A stretch of 56,086 bases of DNA, the filler included, from Sluysia triapertura (Eukaryota): assembly GCA_046118255.1 (NCBI GenBank). It is 4 parts of 4 records of this genome, joined end to end, with 100 filler letters (N's around TTAATTAATTAA, not from the genome) between each part and the next. Parts side by side here need not be neighbours in the genome. Positions count along the whole stretch, not along the records: positions 38,716 to 56,086 come from JBJNIA010187501.1; 3 more parts are not named here. One strand, given 5' to 3'. The translations under genes and the position numbers were made by a program. Shown in pieces: positions 48,889 to 56,086 of the stretch. Numbering within the stretch: the stretch's first letter is position 1; each line of letters starts with the position of its first letter. A model generated the notes under the pieces. That model ran no database searches and was not told where the DNA came from. It saw nothing but the letters and a program-made list of their open reading frames with translations.

Positions 48889-50361
48889 CACTAAACGTAT
48901 TTGATGTATACCTATTTACACCATCATCGGTCATTTGGCCGGTACCTGTACAAACCTCATTATGGGCAGTAATCTTGTTCAATATGAACCCTGCTTAATA
49001 TGAACATTTAAGTCAAAAATTATTGAAAACCATAAGGTTTTCATGGAAAATATGAACACTGTTTATTTTAAACAATGAACATTAAAACATCAAACGGTTG
49101 GCTTAATTCTTTTCTTTCCAGGCACATGATTTCGTCTAAAAGAAATGTATATTCTTAATTTTAAGGAATTATGTATGTCAAATGTATGTTAAGAATGAAG
49201 ATAAAAATGTTTATAATTGTGACGAAACCGGACTATTCTGGAAATGTTCATTCAACATACCATATACAATTTCTAAAGAAGATAAGTCAAATGGTAAGTT
49301 TTCTAAAGATCGAATTATTATCCTCTTGGAAGTAAATATGTTAGGAGAAAGGTTAAAGGCTTTCGTGATAAGCATTAAAAACAACAAAAAACCGCGTTGT
49401 TTTAAAGATTTCTATATAGAAAAACTACATGTTTATTACCGTTGAAATACAAAGTCTTGGATGACGTTGACAATTTTTCAAGATTGGTTAAAAGATTTGA
49501 ATACAGAGGAGCGGAAAATTTTCGTGTTAGACAACGCACCTATTCACCCAAAAGACTTCGAATTGAGCAACATCGAATTATTCTTTTTCACACCTCTTGA
49601 CTAAGGTATTATAAAAAGTTTTAATGACTATTATAAGAAGTTTTTGAGCATGCCAATGAATTCTAATTTACATAAGAGATATGTTGCAAAAAAGTTGATT
49701 TGTATTAAGCAGTGGTTTGGATTTCGAAAGCAGAGATATCTTTAATTGTTTTACCAAGTCTTTCGAAAATGCGTATGTTAAAGAAGTGAATGCTGAATGT
49801 GATATTTTTCATGTTTTGAGATTAATCCCAAATTTGATGAACATCTATTATTTGATCTAGTAGAGAAGTATGAAAAAGAAAGTTCTGAAAAGAGGAAACA
49901 AATGATAATTCTGTTGAAGAGGTAGAAGATGCAGTTATGACAGGATATGAAGCCCATGAGTATGGAAAAAACTTGAAAAATACTTTCAAGCTAATATTCC
50001 TGATAAGATGAACAAAATATGGGATGATCTGATTGATGAAAACGTATCTAGGCAATTAAAAATCACAGACTTTCTTAGGTGTCAAAGAAATAAAAATTGT
50101 AATAAATCGGTATAATAAATACGATTTTTCTGGAAATCTTTGTTATTGTCATATTAATGAATGTTCATATTACTTTTTAATATGAACATTTGAAAAAATT
50201 TGTACGCTAAAGTTCATATTGAACAGAGTTGACTGTATAAATTTATACATAAAATTATATATAAAAGTCATATTATAAAATGAAAAAACAAAACAATTTC
50301 ATAGTATCTTTTATAGTAAAAACTAAAAATCGTCATTTGAGCGGTCATGGTACATTTAGGG
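48889..50361. mobile_element. piggyBac-like MITE hosting the Tigger insertion
   Basis: TTAA|CACTAAACGTA ... TACATTTAGGG|TTAA (imperfect TIR, TTAA TSD) with subterminal GTCATTTG motifs at both ends. Confidence 0.55.
48967..50235 (+). mobile_element. pogo/Tigger DNA transposon, degenerate DDE domain
   Basis: TIRs CAGTAATCTTGTTCAATATGAAC / GTTCATATTGAACAGAGTTGACTG+TA. Motifs VYNCDETGLFW, KDRI, KKPRCFK, NTKSWMT, VLDNAPIHP and PLD*GIIKSF, with stops. Confidence 0.9.
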
Positions 50362-50840
50362 TTAATGAACATTTTTTACAAACTTAGGATTGACAACTTA
50401 CAATTTCAAATTCAGACAGCATGTAGGCCGAACAATTTGAAGATCGCATTTAATAAAAGTATTTAGGTATAATTTAACCGATTACCAACTGCAATTCAAA
50501 AGTACGAAAAAATTAAATTAACTGTATAATAATATTCATACTAATCAACTGAAACTATTTTTGTTATTGTTTTTAATAATTTCATGGAGCACATGATATG
50601 ATCTCATTATTTTAATGATTTTATTTTATTTAGAAGTTGCAGTTATTAAAAGAAACAAATTTGAAAATGTGTCCTAGAAATTGGTTAACGACATCTTGAT
50701 AATAACAAACTAAAAATACTGAAAAATAATCACACCAAAATATCGTCGAATTTGTTTGTCCGCTCATTAGTTTAATGCCAAAATTTTAAAGAATTATTTG
50801 CATATTGTTTTTATTTATTTATTTATTTAGGGTTATAGAC

Positions 50841-50920
50841 ATAGATTTATATAGATTTATATAGATTTATATAGATTTATATAGATTTATATAGATTTAT
50901 ATAGATTTATATAGATTTAT
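50841..50920. repeat. (ATAGATTTAT)8 minisatellite
   Basis: Eight perfect 10-bp units. Confidence 0.95.
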
Positions 50921-52973
50921 TTATATATAATACTATAGACCTTAACCCAATTTTAATAAAATACTCAATCAGAACGCTCTATACCAATCCAGAGTAGTGC
51001 TAAATGCGTGAGTAAACCAATACCACCTTCCCCTATCTCTCCCTGGAGTGGGGTTGGAAATAGTTTAGCGCGGACACTTTTATTACATATTTTGGCAACT
51101 GATGTGATTATTTTTCAGTATTTTAATACAAAAAAATGTGTCATTAATGTAAATAAATTGTACTTTTTATTTTTTGAGTAAGGTCCATATTTTTATTTTG
51201 TTCGAAGTTTTAGCATGCTAATAATGTAGAATTAAATTGTATAAAACTCATCATAAACTTACATACCAATATTCAATCTATTTTTATCACGCAAAGTATC
51301 TTTAGTTACATGTATCATTTAATTAAGCAAATGATGATAATATTAAAGTTGAAACATTGATAATAATTATTATTGCGAAAACCCGATAATTTGAATATAA
51401 GAACAACCGAAATGTAAATCTATAAGTAGAAACATTTTAAATAAAATTATATTTTATTTACTTTAGAATATATAAAATAACTAAATCTCCACGTACATTC
51501 ACTTCACAACGTAGAAAATGGCGAAACATCTCTAAATAACATATTAGAAGCCAAAACCAATAGACAGATGTGAAAGAAGAAGACAGGAATTGATCACACT
51601 TAATTATCATCCGGAAAATTTTACGAATGAAACGTAAACGTAAATAAAACATGAAAAGTCCGCTAAAACGCTAATACTAACTGTCTTAAACAAATACTAA
51701 CTAGCAAGGCCAATACAAATAAATAAATAATATATGAAATATTAAAAATATATTACCAAAGAGATAACGGTGTTTTTTACAAATTTAAGATAAAACGTTT
51801 CCAAATGTTAACTAAGACCAAAAATCAGTGAATATGTTCATCTAGTCAGGGTTAGGTTTTAAATAAACATAAAACAAAAGATAATAATGTTTTATTTATG
51901 AACTGTTTTTTACTATTTAATTTATTACATTTTTGTAAACATGTACGAAAAGTAATCAACGCTTTTTACATCATTTTACATCATTTTACTGTTTGCATAT
52001 GAATATAAATTTTATTCTTACAACTGATTATACAAAAGGAAAAAATTTAATGTATATTCTAAGTCTTGTAAGAGCTTAAAGATCCAGTTGAACTGCATCC
52101 GCAACAAATTGATAGATAGGGGCTGATATGGAAAAAGAAACGCAGTAAGCGCATTGCAAGTTATCTTGAAATCTAATAATATGTACTTTTATTTTATAAA
52201 TGTTACTATTTTTAATTTAATTTTTTAATTATAATTATAATTATAATCATTTATAATATTGTTTCACAAAATATAAAAAGTATAATTTAACTTAAGATTG
52301 AATATTGACGATAATTAATTCTGCATAAAATATACATTACATAAATTATGTCTTAATGTAATAAGATTAAGTGATAATTAATGACAGAACAATGTAATCA
52401 TAGCTTTGTTATTAACATAATGATAATGATAATGATGATAATATTAGTAATAAAACAATAAAAATTATAATTGTAGTATAATAATGATAATTATAATAAC
52501 AAATTAAAGCGATGTGCAATCAATAATAAAATAAAATATCTTAGTAATTTTAAAATGTTCTGTAATCAAGAAAAAAACGAAAGAACGGTAGTGACGGCTC
52601 AAAGAAGAAAATTTAAGATTTTGTTAAAATAGAAATGAAGTATCATTGACTAATAAACACAAATTATTATATAGTAACACATTTCTACAAAGTAAGTTAA
52701 TATAATAGGACCAAACATATTATAAAAGAAAATTAATTAATATCTAGATGAAATTGGGCGTAATGCATGTATATAATGTAGAGTTTATTATCTACTAGTT
52801 CTACTAGTACTACTACTACTACTGCTGCTATTACTGCTACTACTACTACTACTACTAAAGATTTAAAATTTAAACTAATTAATAACATTTTGTACTTCCA
52901 TCTATAACAACAGAAACGAGTTTAAAAATAACAACGATATAAAGATTAATTACATTAAGTGCGCATGTCAATA

Positions 52974-53875
52974 CAATCAATACTTCAATAATCCGAAAAC
53001 TTCATAATCCCAAAAAAAATTATTTATTTCCAGACAACTTTGATTCATTAATCCGAAACTTCATGATCCGCAATCGGAAAGCTCTTTTTGAATTAAATTT
53101 CTAATAATTTTTAAAAGTTTCGGATTAATGATGTTTAAATAATAAGCTTGTTTACAATTTTAATTTATTTAAATTAAATATCTATATGACTAGAAAAAGA
53201 ACAGAAATTACAATTCGTCAAAAAACAAAAAATTTGTGCAATAAAGGAGTCGAAGAAAATGTCGCTGAGTGAATTGTCTCAAATTATCAGAAAAGAATTA
53301 AACCTGGACCTAGGAATTTCTATGTTATCAGAAATTTTGAAAAATAAAGAGAAATTGGAAAATTGTGAAAGCTCAAACATTTGCTCCAGACAATCTTCGA
53401 AAATTCATTCTGTGCTTAAGAATTCATTGATCGAATGGATGCGATAAATGGTTACGTGACTGATGAAATTATCATTACAAAAGCAAAGGAAACTAAATGT
53501 TGATGACCTACAATTCTGAAAAGGATGGCTCTACAGATTCAAAAATCGATTTAATCTGAAATTGAAAGTTCTCCATGGAGAGGCAAAATCAATGAATGAC
53601 GTTGATGTTTCAGCCCATAGAAAAAAATGGTTGAAACATTGGCAGGAATTGACCCAGAAATTATACTCAATAGTGTCGATTTACAGAACTTCATTCAAAA
53701 GTAAACTCTACAAAAAACTTTAGATGAATTTTTAAATAAATAATTGTATTTTTCTTAATAATTTCATTATTAATTTGGCGATCGTATAGATTTTAAATTC
53801 CTTCATTATCCGAATTAATTCACAATCCGAAATAAAATCGATTTATAATTTCTTGGATTAATGAGGGTTAACCAT
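52974..53875 (+). mobile_element. Internally deleted pogo/Tigger element (CENP-B-type HTH part only)
   Basis: From ATG 53186: MTRKRTEITIRQK..ISMLSEILKNKEK..L..W..VTDEIIITKA..KGWLYRFKNRFNLK...LHGEA, joined almost directly to the C-terminal QKTLDEFL*. Subterminal AATCCGAA repeats and imperfect TIRs; ends approximate. Confidence 0.8.
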
Positions 53876-55375
53876 TTATCAGTTCATTGTGTATTTCGAG
53901 GCAGTTTAAGGTTAAAATAACATCTTTGTTTGTAAATATTAATTAAATTATTAAGAAAATAAGTTGTTGATTAAATAAGTAAATCATAATTTTTTGCAAT
54001 TTGAAATAAAATTGTCAACCAAATACCGAGACAGGTACATATCCAGCATTGTATGTTTTTGAGTTTCTTAAGAGTAGTAACGCAAGATTTGCTACTAGAA
54101 ACAGTTGTGCATTAGAATCTAATGATTAGATAAATGCCAAAGGTGGTTTTCTAAGTTTAGATTCGGTAATTTTGACCTTTCTAACTCGTATCGATCAGGA
54201 AGACCTGCGGTTTAAGACAATGACATGTCAAGGTTGAAAATGGTACGGTCAAACATGCTTAACCGACTTTGGCCGACCACCCAAGAACATTTAGCAAAGT
54301 ATACAAAAAGATAATACAAAACCTCAAGTCAAGTGCAAGTCAAATCCACCATACTCGTTCGATACTTCATGATCGGATTTCATGAAATTTTGAACATCAA
54401 AAAATGCTACCTTCAACTATTTTGCTCATAAACCAATTAATTTGTATGGATCCGGCATTGAAAATTAGCACACTAGAGAACAAAAGGTTGTTGATGACAT
54501 TGGTGATTAAAACATTGATTAAAAATAAAAAACAAGCTAAAAATTATTTGTCTGAATTACTTTCAGATCAGTGTAATATAGCTAAGCGTTCATAATATTT
54601 TGGGCAATTAAAGAAAGGTTATAGTTATAACATTTGAAAATGAATAATTTTGTGCAACCCCATAAAGATAGTGTGCATGTTGTTGAAAATTTGAACATAA
54701 ACTTTTAAATAAAATTATATTGCACCTACTTTATAATATTTAAAAATATCTAAATATTCATGAATATCCACTTAAAAAAGGTCAAGGAACTCAGGAACTA
54801 ATGAGAAAGAAGGCAGAAATCATTCACATCTAATTAGCTTCCAGAGAAATTCACGAATTAAATTCAGATTCCAATGAAACATAACAAATACTAACAGACA
54901 AACTAATACTAACTAGCAAAGCGGATATAATTGAATAGTTAGATATTATAAACAGTTAGAATTATAATATAAATTATAATGCATAGTGAAACTATGTACT
55001 GTAATTAACAATGTACAGAGAAAATTGGCTTTACAGCCATAATATATGTTTTTCTGATTAAAAAGGAAAATATTGATTAGAAGGAAGTTGATCCTAAAAT
55101 TGAATTGTTATTGATCATAAATTGTGAACAATAAAAATAGTATATACACATCAGAATTTTGAAATTTATTTTCAATTTTATATAAGAGACGATCTTAATG
55201 GAAGCGAAAGAGAAAATGCGAAACTAATCTTGAAAAATTATGTTAAATATATAAGTTATAGAAATCCAATGAAAAAAATAAAAATTCGATTAAATTTGCC
55301 TTAAGGAACAGAAGAAATACAACTTCACATTTTATCGATATTGAAATTAAAATTCTATATTGTGGAAATGAATTA

Positions 55376-55376
<1 letters not shown>

Positions 55377-55414
<38 letters not shown>

Positions 55415-55490
55415 ACTAATGATAATGATTATGATTATGATTATGACTACGATGATAATGATGATGATGATAATGATAATAATAATAATG
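55377..55490. repeat. (GAT)n / (AAT)n compound microsatellite
   Basis: Perfect GAT run at 55377-55414 followed by degenerate units. Confidence 0.85.
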
Positions 55491-56086
55491 ATATTAGGCA
55501 TTGTATTTATTCATCAAAGAATATTATACAGAAGATAATAAATTATTTCTGGAATACTTTTGGAGAAATTCCAAATATGATAATATAGAAATTCCAAGCT
55601 AATAAGATAGAAACACTATATCTGTAGTACTGTTAGAGTGTGGAAAAACGACAATTTATACCTGAAAGCAGAAGACAAAGAACTGAAACTGAGAGAATTT
55701 GATATGGAAGATTTGTTTGATGACTTAAATTTATAACACTTAGATGAAAAAGTGCTAATGAAATAAGAAAAAAGAATTCAAAGAAAAACAAACCATTTAA
55801 CACGATTGCCAAAAGTTTCAAAGAGTACTAATACTGATGCATGTGAACCATTTAATTCGGAAAAAAAAAATTTCTATAAAAAATTAACTTGAAAATAAGT
55901 GCAAAAATTACTTTAGCGTCCTTCTAAAATGGCGATATGTTTAAATCGGTTAATAGTTAAAGTTTTAAAAAATATACTTTGAAATTGATAGAATAATTTT
56001 GTTTGAAATTTACATTTCACTCAAATAATTATACAGTATGATTTTCATTTAAATTTCATTTAAACCAAAAGAATTAGAACAAAAAA

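Overview
Very AT-rich eukaryotic (metazoan-like) scaffold in four segments joined by artificial 100-bp linkers (44 N + TTAATTAATTAA + 44 N). It has very short (31-32 nt) spliceosomal introns alongside one 7.7-kb intron. Two host genes look intact in the exons visible: G-alpha-q (4 exons, minus) and ACBD4/5 (2 exons, plus). Several normally conserved genes are broken: PKA catalytic subunit, nischarin, bestrophin and SCYL2. Mobile DNA is abundant but decayed: an RT-deleted Ulp1+RLE (NeSL-like) non-LTR element, Gypsy gag and pol remnants, two pogo/Tigger elements (one nested in a piggyBac-like MITE), hAT/hATm remnants, a 72-bp hAT MITE and tRNA-derived SINE-like copies. Three observations stand out. 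(1) Five copies of a compact, covarying two-stem (pseudoknot-like) motif at 2296-2796, upstream of the NeSL-like element. (2) A ~5.4-kb diverged inverted duplication nested in the Gq intron, carrying tail-to-tail paralogous (RING?)-CCCH genes behind palindromic CCAAT elements. (3) The clustering of recently decayed conserved genes. All calls come from manual reading and recalled family motifs; no searches were run.
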